DNA from: an uncultured Actinomycetes bacterium
GTDB taxonomy: Bacteria; Actinomycetota; UBA4738; HRBIN12
Length of the DNA: 24,126 nt
Direction: 5' to 3'
Assembly (NCBI GenBank): GCA_963704885.1
Contig: CAVPIB010000003.1
Coordinates: forward strand, 1 to 24,126
Shown here one piece after another: positions 8,883 through 17,561 of this stretch. The position numbers and the translations under genes are program-made. Below the pieces are notes generated by a model, which searched no databases, was not told the origin of the DNA, and saw only the letters and a program-made list of their open reading frames with translations. Within the stretch, counting starts at the first letter, position 1, and every line of letters begins with the position of its first letter.

Positions 8883-9752
8883 ATGTTGCCCTCTCGCTTC
8901 GAGTACCACCGACCGTCGACCCTGGATGAAGCCCTCGATCTGCTCGCCACCTACGGCGAGGACGCCAAGGTGCTCGCCGGCGGTCAGAGCCTGATCCCCA
9001 TGATGAAGCTGCGGTTCGCGTCTCCGGCTCACCTGATCGATGTGAACAGGATCGCCGGCCTTGACGGCATCAGCGACGGCGACGGAGGCCTGAAGATCGG
9101 CGCCCTGGTCCGGCACAACCAGCTCGCGGCCTCAGACGTGGTGAGCGCTCGCTATCCCACGATCGCCTCGGCGGCGCCGCAGATCGCCGACCCGTTGGTA
9201 CGCAACCTGGGGACCATCGGCGGCTCGCTCGCCCACGCGGATCCCTCGGGCGACCTGGGCTCGGTGATGCTCGCGCTCGGTGCGAGCGTGGTGCTGAAGA
9301 GCGCGAACGGTGAGCGCGAGGTCCCCATCGGCGAGTTCTTGGTCGACACGTTCCAGACGTCGATCGCACCGGGTGAGATCCTCACCGAGATCCACGTGCC
9401 GGCGCCGGGTGCTCGTTCAGGCGGCACATACCTGAAGCTCGAGCGCAAGGTGGGCGACTACGCCACCGTGGCGGCCGCGGTCTTCCTGTCCATGAGCAAC
9501 GGCACGATCGGCACCGCCGGCCTGGCACTCACGTCCGTTGGTCTGATGAACATCAAGGCCACCGCGGCCGAGGCCGCCTTGGTCGGCCAGGCGCCCGGCG
9601 TCGCCACTTTCGCGGAAGCGGGCCGGCTGGCAGCCGAGGCCTCGAGCCCCGTATCGGATGTTCGCGGCAGCGCCGACTACAAACGCCACATGGTCGACGT
9701 GTACGTCCGGCGCGGATTGGCGACCGCAGCCCAGATGGCCGGCGCGGCCTGA
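8883..9752 (+). CDS. coxM: Aerobic CO dehydrogenase medium (FAD) subunit
   Basis: Motifs AKVLAGGQSLIPMMKLRFA, DPLVRNLGTIGGS and KLERKVGDYAT; first gene of the M-S-L operon; GAAGGAG upstream. Confidence 0.93.
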   Translation: MLPSRFEYHRPSTLDEALDLLATYGEDAKVLAGGQSLIPMMKLRFASPAHLIDVNRIAGLDGISDGDGGLKIGALVRHNQLAASDVVSARYPTIASAAPQIADPLVRNLGTIGGSLAHADPSGDLGSVMLALGASVVLKSANGEREVPIGEFLVDTFQTSIAPGEILTEIHVPAPGARSGGTYLKLERKVGDYATVAAAVFLSMSNGTIGTAGLALTSVGLMNIKATAAEAALVGQAPGVATFAEAGRLAAEASSPVSDVRGSADYKRHMVDVYVRRGLATAAQMAGAA

Positions 9753-9774
9753 GCCCGAGGAGGAGACGCGAACC

Positions 9775-10260
9775 ATGGAAGTCACGATCAAGGTCAACGG
9801 AGCCGACAGGACGGCCGACGTCGAACCTCGACGTCTGCTGGTCCACGTGATCCGCGAGGACCTCGCCCTCACCGGCACCCACATCGGCTGCGACACGACG
9901 AGCTGTGGTGCGTGCACGGTCCTGCTGGACGGCGTCCCCGTGAAGTCCTGCACCGTGTTCGGGGTCCAGGCCGACGGCCGGGAGGTCACCACCGTCGAGG
10001 GACTGGCTACAGCGGCCGGTCTCGACCCTATCCAAGCCGCGTTCAAGGAAGAACATGGTTTGCAGTGCGGCTTCTGCACGCCGGGGATGATGCTCGTCGG
10101 TTCCGCGCTCATCGCGGAGAACCCGGACCCAACCGACGACGACGTCCGGTGGGCGATCTCGGGGCAGATCTGCCGGTGCACCGGCTACATGAACATCGTG
10201 AAAGCGATCCAGGCCGCGGCGAAGGCGAAGGCTGAGGCCTCCGCACCCGCCAACGCCTGA
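9775..10260 (+). CDS. coxS: Aerobic CO dehydrogenase small [2Fe-2S] subunit
   Basis: ATG 9775 follows GAGGAGGAG. Motifs GCDTTSCGAC, HGLQCGFC and CRCTGY. Confidence 0.94.
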   Translation: MEVTIKVNGADRTADVEPRRLLVHVIREDLALTGTHIGCDTTSCGACTVLLDGVPVKSCTVFGVQADGREVTTVEGLATAAGLDPIQAAFKEEHGLQCGFCTPGMMLVGSALIAENPDPTDDDVRWAISGQICRCTGYMNIVKAIQAAAKAKAEASAPANA

Positions 10261-10280
10261 GCGGAAGGAGCCAAACGAAG

Positions 10281-12638
10281 ATGGTAGACACCGAAGAGAT
10301 CCGCGGGATCGGACACAGCGTCCGTCGAGTGGAGGACGACCGGTTCATCCGCGGCGCCGGCAACTACATCGACGACATCAACCTCCCCGGGATGCTGCAC
10401 ATGGCCATCCTGCGGAGCCCCTACGCGCACGCGAACCTCAAGAGCGTCGACGGTTCGAAGGCGCAAGCGCTCGACGGCGTGATCGCCGTCGTGACCGGTG
10501 AGCTGATGGCGCAGCACAACCTGGCGTGGATGCCCACGCTGTCCGGCGACACGCAGGCGGTCCTGGCGACAGACAAGGTTCGGTTCCAGGGGCAGGAGGT
10601 CGCGGCCGTGATCGCGACCGACCCGTACGTCGCGAAGGACGCCTTGGAGCTGATCGAGGTCGACTACGAGCCGCTGGACCCGGTCACCTCCCCGCAGCAG
10701 GCGCTCGGGGCCGACGCACCCGTGATCCGCACGGACAAGGAAGGTCAGGCCAACAACCACATCTACGACTGGGAGACAGGCGACAAGGAGGCGACCGACG
10801 CGGCGTTCGCTGCTGCGGACAAGATCGTCTCGCTGGATACGTTCTACCCGCGTTGCCACCCGGCCCCGTTGGAGACGTGCGGCTGCATCGCGGACGTGAG
10901 CCCGGCGACCGGTCAGGTGACGATCTACATGACGTCGCAGGCGCCGCACGCGATCCGGACGGTGTTCGCGCTGGTGGCAGGCTTGCCCGAGGAGAAGATC
11001 CGGATCGTGTCTCCCGACATCGGGGGCGGTTTCGGGAACAAGGTTCCCGTCTACCCGGGCTACGTGGTGGCGACGGCAGCGTCGCTCCTGCTAGGCCACC
11101 CGGTCAAGTGGATCGAAGACCGGTCGGAGAACCTGATCTCGACCGGATTCGCCCGCGACTACCACATGCACGGCGAGCTCGCGCTGAAGAACGACGGGAC
11201 CATGCTCGGTCTGCGGGCCTCGCTCCTGGCAGACGAGGGCGCGTTCTACGCCGACGCCCAGCCGTCCAAGTTCAAGGTCGGCTTGTTCCACATCGTGAGC
11301 GGGTCCTACGACCTACCCGCGACCCACGTCACGGCCGAGGGCGCGTATACGAACAAAGCGCCCGGAGGCGTGGCGTACCGATGCTCGTTCCGCGTGACGG
11401 AGGCCTCGTACCTGATCGAGCGCCTGGTGTCTAACGCCGCCTACGAGCTCGGGATGGATCCGGTCGACATCCGGAAGAAGAACTTCATCCAGAAGGACCA
11501 GTTCCCGTACACGTCGTCGACGGGCTTCGTCTACGACAGCGGCGACTATCAGGCCGCCATGGACAAGGCGCTCGACATGATCGGATACGACGACCTCCGC
11601 AAGGAGCAGGCGGAGGCACGGGCGCAGGGCAAGCTGTACGGCATCGGCGTCGCGTCGTTCACCGAGGTCGTGGGGGCAGGTCCCGCCAAGGACTACGACA
11701 TCATCGGCATCAAGATGAACGACGGAGCCGAGCTGCGGATCCACCCGACCGGCAAGGCGATCCTCAAGCTCAGCTGCCAGACGCAGGGTCAGGGCCACGA
11801 GACGACCTTCGCTCAGATCGTCGCCGGCGAGCTGGGCATCCAGCCCGAGGACATCAAGGTCGTACACGGCGACACGGACAACACGCCGTACGGATTGGGC
11901 ACGTACGCCTCGCGTTCCACGCCCACGTCGGGCGCGGCGACCGCGATGGTCGCCCGCCGCGTTCGAGAGAAGGCGATGAAGCTGGCGGCACACCTGCTCG
12001 AGGTCGCAGAGGAGGACATCGAGTACGAGGCCGGGAAGTTCTCGGTCCGCGGCGCTCCGGATCAGGTGAAGTCGATCCAGGACGTGGCGTTCGCGGCGTA
12101 CACGAACTTCCCCGAGGGCATGGAGGCCGGGCTGGAAGGCGTTTACTACTACAACCCACCCAACCTGACTTTCCCGTTCGGGACCTACGTCGTCGCGGTC
12201 GAGGTCGACCCCGAGACCGGCGTGTGGAAGGTGCGGCGGATGGTCGCGGTGGACGACTGCGGCGTGCGGATCAACCCGATGATCGTGGAAGGCCAGATCC
12301 AAGGCGGGCTCACCGAAGGCTACGCGATCGCGGCGATGGAGCTGATCACGTTCGACGAGGTCGGCAACGCGATCGGCACGAACTTCATGGACTACCTGAT
12401 CCCGACCGCGTGGGAGACACCGAAGTTCGAGCTGGGCGAGACCGTCACGCCGTCGCCGCACCACCCGATCGGAGCGAAGGGCGTCGGCGAGTCGGCCACG
12501 GTCGGCTCCCCCGCCGCCTACGTGAACGCGGTGATCGACGCGCTGTGGCCCGACGGTGTGAAGAACATCGACATGCCTGTCACCTCGGCGAAGGTCTGGG
12601 AGGCGTTGGAGGCCGCTAAGGCAGGTTCCTCGGCGTGA
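10281..12638 (+). CDS. coxL: Aerobic [MoCu] CO dehydrogenase large subunit, form I
   Basis: Diagnostic form I active-site motif AYRCSFR at 11373-11393; also LAWMPTLS, GGGFGNKV, GQGHET and GAKGVGES; M-S-L gene order. Confidence 0.97.
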   Translation: MVDTEEIRGIGHSVRRVEDDRFIRGAGNYIDDINLPGMLHMAILRSPYAHANLKSVDGSKAQALDGVIAVVTGELMAQHNLAWMPTLSGDTQAVLATDKVRFQGQEVAAVIATDPYVAKDALELIEVDYEPLDPVTSPQQALGADAPVIRTDKEGQANNHIYDWETGDKEATDAAFAAADKIVSLDTFYPRCHPAPLETCGCIADVSPATGQVTIYMTSQAPHAIRTVFALVAGLPEEKIRIVSPDIGGGFGNKVPVYPGYVVATAASLLLGHPVKWIEDRSENLISTGFARDYHMHGELALKNDGTMLGLRASLLADEGAFYADAQPSKFKVGLFHIVSGSYDLPATHVTAEGAYTNKAPGGVAYRCSFRVTEASYLIERLVSNAAYELGMDPVDIRKKNFIQKDQFPYTSSTGFVYDSGDYQAAMDKALDMIGYDDLRKEQAEARAQGKLYGIGVASFTEVVGAGPAKDYDIIGIKMNDGAELRIHPTGKAILKLSCQTQGQGHETTFAQIVAGELGIQPEDIKVVHGDTDNTPYGLGTYASRSTPTSGAATAMVARRVREKAMKLAAHLLEVAEEDIEYEAGKFSVRGAPDQVKSIQDVAFAAYTNFPEGMEAGLEGVYYYNPPNLTFPFGTYVVAVEVDPETGVWKVRRMVAVDDCGVRINPMIVEGQIQGGLTEGYAIAAMELITFDEVGNAIGTNFMDYLIPTAWETPKFELGETVTPSPHHPIGAKGVGESATVGSPAAYVNAVIDALWPDGVKNIDMPVTSAKVWEALEAAKAGSSA

Positions 12639-13561
12639 AGCCGGACGTCCTGGCGCTCGCCGCGGAGCTGTCGGGACGCGGTGAACCTTTCGTCCTTGCG
12701 ACGGTGGTGTGGCGGCGGGCGCCATCGTCTGGCAAGGAGGGAGCCACCGCACTGATCACGCCCGACCGGCGCGTTCGTGGTTGGCTCGGCGGGGCGTGCG
12801 CCGAGCCCACGGTGGTCCGGGAGGCGCTGAAGGCGCTCGAGGAAGGCTCTCCGCGCCTGCTTTTCCTGGGTTCGCCCGAGGAGCTCGAGGGGCGCGCGCG
12901 CGAGGGCGTCGTCACCGTTCCGATCGCGTGCCAGAGCGAGGGAGCACTGGAGGTCTACGTGGAACCGGTCCTGCCGCAACCGCAGCTCGTCGCGATCGGA
13001 CGTTCGCCGGCGGCGAGGGCTCTCGCGGCGCTCGCGTCGGGTCTCGGCTGGCGGAGCCTCCTGCGGGAGGAGAACGCCGAGATCGACGACGGGGTCGACG
13101 ACCGGTCCTACGTCGTGGTCGCGACCCAGGGGCACTTCGACGAGGATGCCCTGGAGCGCGCGCTGGCCACGCCCGCGGTGTACGTGGGCCTGGTCGCGTC
13201 GCGGAAACGGGCGGAGGCGGTTCTCGGATACCTGCGGGACCGCGGCGTGTCCGAGGAGGCGCTCGCGCGCGTCCACGCACCCGCCGGGCTTGACCTCGGC
13301 CACGTCGCCACGGACGAGATCGCGGTCGCGATACTGGCCGAGATCGTCCAGCTGCGGGCGGCCGGGTCGCTCGAGGCGGGGATGGTCGCCGAGGCGCCCG
13401 CGCGTCACGAGGAGGTCGACCCCGTCTGCGGCATGACCGTCGACGTGGCAGAGGCGCGGTTCCGGACCGTGCACGACGGGAACACGTACTACTTCTGTTC
13501 GGCCGGGTGTCTGGCGTCCTTCACGAAGGATCCGGCCGCGTACCTCGCGGTGAGCGGCTAG
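12635..13561 (+). CDS. XdhC/CoxF-like accessory protein with C-terminal YHS (metal-binding) domain
   Basis: GTGA overlap with coxL. XdhC motifs LATVV, GWLGGAC, CQSEGALEVYVEP, YVGLVAS and HAPAGLDLG; from 13418 DPVCGM...YYFCSAGC (YHS/TRASH-type). Confidence 0.9.
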   Translation: MKPDVLALAAELSGRGEPFVLATVVWRRAPSSGKEGATALITPDRRVRGWLGGACAEPTVVREALKALEEGSPRLLFLGSPEELEGRAREGVVTVPIACQSEGALEVYVEPVLPQPQLVAIGRSPAARALAALASGLGWRSLLREENAEIDDGVDDRSYVVVATQGHFDEDALERALATPAVYVGLVASRKRAEAVLGYLRDRGVSEEALARVHAPAGLDLGHVATDEIAVAILAEIVQLRAAGSLEAGMVAEAPARHEEVDPVCGMTVDVAEARFRTVHDGNTYYFCSAGCLASFTKDPAAYLAVSG

Positions 13562-13578
13562 CCTGTTTCACGCGATCG

Positions 13579-13617
13579 CATCGCGATGTTGCTGGAGCCG
13601 CATCATGATGCTAGCTT
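13579..13617 (+). promoter_or_regulatory. vapBC promoter with two palindromic operator boxes
   Basis: CATCGCGATG (13579-13588) and GCATCATGATGC (13600-13611) share CATC-N2-GATG and are 22 bp apart. Extended -10 TGcTAGCTT (TAGCTT 13612-13617) lies 6 nt before ATG 13624. Confidence 0.7.
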
Positions 13618-13623
13618 GAAACC

Positions 13624-13857
13624 ATGAGGACAACGGTGACCCTGGAAGACGACGTGGTCGCCGCGCTCGAACGAACCCGCCTAGATCGTGGGATCGGAGT
13701 GAGCGAGGCGGTCAACGAGCTGATCCGGGCCGGCCTGACGGCGACCAAGAAGACCCGGCGCCCGTTCAAGCAATCGACTAGGAGCCTCGGACTGCGCATC
13801 GACGTAACCAACATCGCGGAGGCGCTCGAGACCCTCGAGGGGCCCGATTTCCGTTGA
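13624..13857 (+). CDS. vapB: VapB-type ribbon-helix-helix (CopG-like) antitoxin
   Basis: MRTTVTLEDDV..GVSEAVNELIRAGL RHH signature; lies upstream of and is coupled to a PIN gene. Confidence 0.88.
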   Translation: MRTTVTLEDDVVAALERTRLDRGIGVSEAVNELIRAGLTATKKTRRPFKQSTRSLGLRIDVTNIAEALETLEGPDFR

Positions 13858-14291
13858 TGCTGGTCGACGCGAACCTGCTCCTGTTCGCGTTCGACGACAC
13901 GAGCCCGTTCCACGAGGAATCCTCCGTGTGGCTCACGGCTCGCCTCAACGGCGCTGCGCCAGTGGGCCTGCCCTGGCAGAGCCTCGTGGCGTTCGTCCGC
14001 ATATCGACCCAACCGAAGGCGCTCGCCCAGCCCGTCACCCCGGACGAGGCATGGACCCAGGTCCAAGAGTGGCTCGAACCGGACGTCGCGTGGATCCCAA
14101 CGCCAACCGACCGACACGGGGACGTGCTCGGGATGCTGATCCGGTCGTATCAGATCCGCGGGAACCTCGTGTACGACGCGCATCTGGCCGCGCTCGCCAT
14201 CGAGCACGGCTTGACCCTCTGCTCGGCTGACACCGACTTCGAGCGGTTCGACGAACTCACGTGGGAGAACCCGCTCTCGCGACGTCGCTGA
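13857..14291 (+). CDS. vapC: VapC PIN-domain ribonuclease toxin
   Basis: Acidic PIN motifs MLVDANLL, NLVYDAHLAALAIEHG and SADTDF; TGATG coupling at 13855-13859. Confidence 0.92.
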   Translation: MLVDANLLLFAFDDTSPFHEESSVWLTARLNGAAPVGLPWQSLVAFVRISTQPKALAQPVTPDEAWTQVQEWLEPDVAWIPTPTDRHGDVLGMLIRSYQIRGNLVYDAHLAALAIEHGLTLCSADTDFERFDELTWENPLSRRR

Positions 14292-14299
14292 CGTGGCGG

Positions 14300-14305
14300 T
14301 AAGCT
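14300..14305 (+). promoter_or_regulatory. Putative -10 element (TAAGCT) for leaderless coxG-mocA
   Basis: TANNNT lies 7 nt before ATG 14313, with no Shine-Dalgarno site. Confidence 0.45.
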
Positions 14306-14312
14306 CCCCGCG

Positions 14313-14906
14313 ATGCTGATCGAGAACGAGTTCACCGTTGCCGCCGACCCCGCGTTCCTTTGGAGCTACCTCCTGGATGTGGAGAAGATCGCGCCGTGCA
14401 TGCCGGGCGCAGAGCTCACGGAGGTCGTCGACGACAAGAACTGGAAGGGCAAGCTCAACGCGAAGTTCGGCCCGGTGAGCCTCTCGTTCGCTGGAACGGT
14501 CTTCATGGAAGAGCGCGACGATGCGGCGCACCGCGTGGTGCTCTCGGCGAAGGGTATGGAGGCGAAGGGCAAGGGGGCGGCGAACGCCAAGGTGACGTCG
14601 TGGCTCGAGCCTCCGGTCGAGGGGAAGACGACCGTGAAGATGCAGGCGGACATCACTCTCACGGGTGCCGCCGCGCAGCTGTCACGCGGGCTGCTCCCGG
14701 AGATCTCGAAGAAGCTGACGCAGCAGTTCGCGGATTGCCTGGAGCGGTCGATCGCGGCCGAGAGCGCGGGCGGCGAGGCGGCGGGCGGCGAAGCGACGCC
14801 CGCGGTGGCCAAGCACGTCGGTGGCATCGGCCTGGGCCTCTCGGCGATCTGGTCGATCATCTCGAACTTCTTCCGCAAGCTGTTCGGGCTGAAGCCCAAG
14901 TCCTGA
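14313..14906 (+). CDS. coxG: CoxG (SRPBCC/START fold) with C-terminal membrane-associating helix
   Basis: Motifs IENEFTV, LLDVEKIAPCMPGA, KFGPVSLSFAG and GAAAQLSRGL; amphipathic tail LSAIWSIISNFFRKLFG. Confidence 0.9.
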   Translation: MLIENEFTVAADPAFLWSYLLDVEKIAPCMPGAELTEVVDDKNWKGKLNAKFGPVSLSFAGTVFMEERDDAAHRVVLSAKGMEAKGKGAANAKVTSWLEPPVEGKTTVKMQADITLTGAAAQLSRGLLPEISKKLTQQFADCLERSIAAESAGGEAAGGEATPAVAKHVGGIGLGLSAIWSIISNFFRKLFGLKPKS

Positions 14907-14910
14907 GCCC

Positions 14911-15483
14911 GTGATCTCGGGCGTGGTGCTCGCAGCCGGGACCGGATCGCGGTTCGGCGCAACGAAGCAACTGGTCGACGTCGACGGCAAGCCCCTCGCG
15001 CAGCACGCGATCGACGCCCTGGTCGAGGCTGGTGTTGACGAACTGGTACTGGTCACCGGACACGATGCGGTCCGCGTGGCGAGCAGGCTCGAGCTCCCCG
15101 CCGACGCCCGCGTGGTCTACAACGCGGCGTACCGAGAAGGACAGTCGACGTCGCTGGGCGTCGCGCTGCACGCGCTCGACGACGACAGCGAGGCCGCCGT
15201 CGTTCTGATGGCCGACCAACCCGGCGTGGGGGCCGACGTGGTGCAGGCTCTCATCGAGCGGTTCCGCGCCACCCGCAAACAGATCGTGCGCGCGATGTTC
15301 GAGGACGGGCCTGGCCCTTCGCTCTTGTCGCGCGAGATCTACGCCGAGGCGGGCCACCTGCACGGCGACGTGGGGGCACGCGAGCTGGTCGCCTCCCACC
15401 CGGAGTGGGTGGAGGAGATCCAGTGCCAGGGTCCGGCGCCGCGTGACGTCGACACCCCGGAGGACCTTCCTACCGACCCCTAG
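14911..15483 (+). CDS. mocA: Molybdenum cofactor cytidylyltransferase (MocA-like nucleotidyltransferase)
   Basis: Motifs VLAAGTGSRFG..KQL, GQSTSL, MADQP, GDVGAR and DVDTPED; context of MCD-dependent enzymes. Confidence 0.85.
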   Translation: MISGVVLAAGTGSRFGATKQLVDVDGKPLAQHAIDALVEAGVDELVLVTGHDAVRVASRLELPADARVVYNAAYREGQSTSLGVALHALDDDSEAAVVLMADQPGVGADVVQALIERFRATRKQIVRAMFEDGPGPSLLSREIYAEAGHLHGDVGARELVASHPEWVEEIQCQGPAPRDVDTPEDLPTDP

Positions 15484-15905
15484 GGCTCGCGGCGCGGGCG
15501 GACCATCGTCCGTTCGTCCGCCGCCTCGAAGCCGAACTTGGCGTAGAGCGCGTGTGCGTCGCGCGTCCCCAGGTACCACTGAAGGTCGCGGACGGCCGGA
15601 TCCTCCACGGCCTCGCGGACCAGCTCCACACCGATGCCTTGCCCTCGGTGCGACTCCAGCACGAACACGTCGCCCAGCCACGCCATGTTCGAGCCATCCG
15701 AGATCACGCGGGAGAACCCAACTAGCTGATCGTGGTCGTATGCAGCGATCACACGGGTCGACTCGCGCACGAGTCGCTCGACGGTCTCGCGCGATCGTCC
15801 GGGGACCCAGTAAGCCTCCTCGCTCAGGTACCGATGTACGACGTCGACTTCCACGCGATCCCGGTCGTCGTCGATCTCCAGGCCCTCGCCGATCTGCCGT
15901 CTCAT
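15480..15905 (-). CDS. GNAT family N-acetyltransferase
   Basis: Motifs VGFSRVISD, WLGDVFV..HRGQGIG (motif A) and TRDAHALYAKFGF. Confidence 0.9.
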   Translation of the reverse strand: MRRQIGEGLEIDDDRDRVEVDVVHRYLSEEAYWVPGRSRETVERLVRESTRVIAAYDHDQLVGFSRVISDGSNMAWLGDVFVLESHRGQGIGVELVREAVEDPAVRDLQWYLGTRDAHALYAKFGFEAADERTMVRPRREP

Positions 15906-15906
15906 C

Positions 15907-16722
15907 TCAGCAGGTCAGCCCCAGGCGCCGGTGCTGAAGGGCGGGGAGCCGCTTACGGATGTGCCGGAGCTCGCCCAGATCCAGATCGGCGATCCACACC
16001 CCGTCGCCCTCCTCGGGCGCCCGCACGACAACCCGACCCCACGGGTCGACGACCATGGAGTTCCCGAAGGAGCGGCGCCCCTTCTCGGGCGCCCCGAACG
16101 TGCCCCACTGACCCGCCGCGACCACGTAGCACTGGTTCTCTATCGCCCGTGCTCGCAGCAGGACCTCCCAGTGATCCTTGCCGGTCTCTTGCTGGAACTG
16201 GGCGGGTACCAGGAGCACCTCCGCTCCAAGGACCATGAGCCCCCGGTAGAGCTCAGGGAACCTGAGGTCGTAACAGATCGACAGTCCCACCCTGGCCTGG
16301 TCGGTCTCGTGGGTCACCAGCTGGTCGCCCGCAGTGAACGTGGCCGACTCCCGGAACGGCGGCTGGTCCGGCAGCTGCACGTCGAACAGATGGATCTTGC
16401 GGTAGTAGGCCACCAGCTCACCCTCGCGATCGAAGAGGGTCGACGTGTTGTAGATATGGCCCTCGGCGGCCTCCAGGATGCTTCCGCCAAGCACCCACAT
16501 CGAACGGTCGCGGGCGATCGAGGCCAGGCGCTCGGTCGTGGGACCGGGGATCGTTTCCGCGGACTCGGCACGGCCTCGCGCCGAGCCGAGGTACGTGAAC
16601 ACCTCGGGGAGCACGGCGAGGTCGGCACCTCCGTCGGCGGCCTCCCCAAGCAACCGCTCCGCGAGCGCGACGTTGACCTCGACGTCCTCGCTCGACCGCA
16701 TCTGACAGATGGCCGCTCGCAT
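15907..16722 (-). CDS. Carbon-nitrogen hydrolase (Nit1/deaminated-glutathione amidase-like)
   Basis: Start ATG 16722 (MRAAICQM). Catalytic E-K-C in LPEVF, YRKIHLFD and ICYDLRFPE; also RARAIENQ. Confidence 0.9.
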   Translation of the reverse strand: MRAAICQMRSSEDVEVNVALAERLLGEAADGGADLAVLPEVFTYLGSARGRAESAETIPGPTTERLASIARDRSMWVLGGSILEAAEGHIYNTSTLFDREGELVAYYRKIHLFDVQLPDQPPFRESATFTAGDQLVTHETDQARVGLSICYDLRFPELYRGLMVLGAEVLLVPAQFQQETGKDHWEVLLRARAIENQCYVVAAGQWGTFGAPEKGRRSFGNSMVVDPWGRVVVRAPEEGDGVWIADLDLGELRHIRKRLPALQHRRLGLTC

Positions 16723-16733
16723 GGTCTGCCAGT

Positions 16734-17498
16734 CTAGGCGCGCTTGCGAACCTTCCAGACCTCTTCGCTCGGCCATCGGTGCGCCCACTCCGCCGTGACG
16801 AACGTGGCCCCGGTCGTCGCGCCCTGTGGAGCCCGGATCTCGACGAGGTCCTCGATATCGAAGCCGCTCGCGCGCAGCAGCCTGATCATGTCGCCGTACC
16901 CCAGATGGAAGTCGACCGCGGTTTCGTTCGTCCACTCGAACCGATGGATGCCGAAGTAGTCGCGCTGCATCGAGTTCGACGCGGGGACCTCCACGTCTTC
17001 GTCGGAGCAAAGCATCAGGATCGTTCCGTTGACGAGGAAGTGCAGGCGGCCGCCAGGTCGAAGGACACGGGCGGCCTCGGGGATCCAAAGGTATGGGTCC
17101 GCCCAGATACTTGCCCCGTACTCCGAGATCGCGAGGTCGAAGCTCTCGTCGGCGAACGGGAGATGTTCGGCGTTGGCTTGCAGGGTCGGGAACGTAAGAT
17201 CGAACTCCTCCTGGAGGCGTGTTGCGGTCCGCAGCTGCTCAGAGGAGTTGTCGATGCCCACGACGTGCGCGCCTCGACGGGCGAGCCAGGCCGACACGTA
17301 CGCGGTGCCACATCCCAGCTCGATACAGTCGAGACGCTCCACCTCGCCCGGGAACATCACCACATCAGACTCCGGCGTGTCCCAGATGCCCCAGCTCGGC
17401 TCGGCAAGCCAGGCGCGATGACCCGGGTCCTCGTACTCCGCCGCCCATCCGTCCCAGGCAACTCGGTTCCTAAGTACGTGATCGGATGCGTCAGTCAT
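16734..17498 (-). CDS. Class I SAM-dependent methyltransferase
   Basis: Motifs IELGCGTA, VVGID, ANAEHLPFADESFD and ARVLRPGG. Confidence 0.9.
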   Translation of the reverse strand: MTDASDHVLRNRVAWDGWAAEYEDPGHRAWLAEPSWGIWDTPESDVVMFPGEVERLDCIELGCGTAYVSAWLARRGAHVVGIDNSSEQLRTATRLQEEFDLTFPTLQANAEHLPFADESFDLAISEYGASIWADPYLWIPEAARVLRPGGRLHFLVNGTILMLCSDEDVEVPASNSMQRDYFGIHRFEWTNETAVDFHLGYGDMIRLLRASGFDIEDLVEIRAPQGATTGATFVTAEWAHRWPSEEVWKVRKRA

Positions 17499-17561
17499 CG
17501 AAGATCCCCTCCGACGTTGGGATGGGAATGCGCTTCGCCCTAGAAGCCGATCCTTTCACGG

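Noticed and set aside
14765-14795. Short tandem repeat GCGGGCGGCGA(G/A)GCG in coxG
   Set aside because: It encodes the AGGEA-AGGEA low-complexity linker typical of CoxG and is not an independent element.
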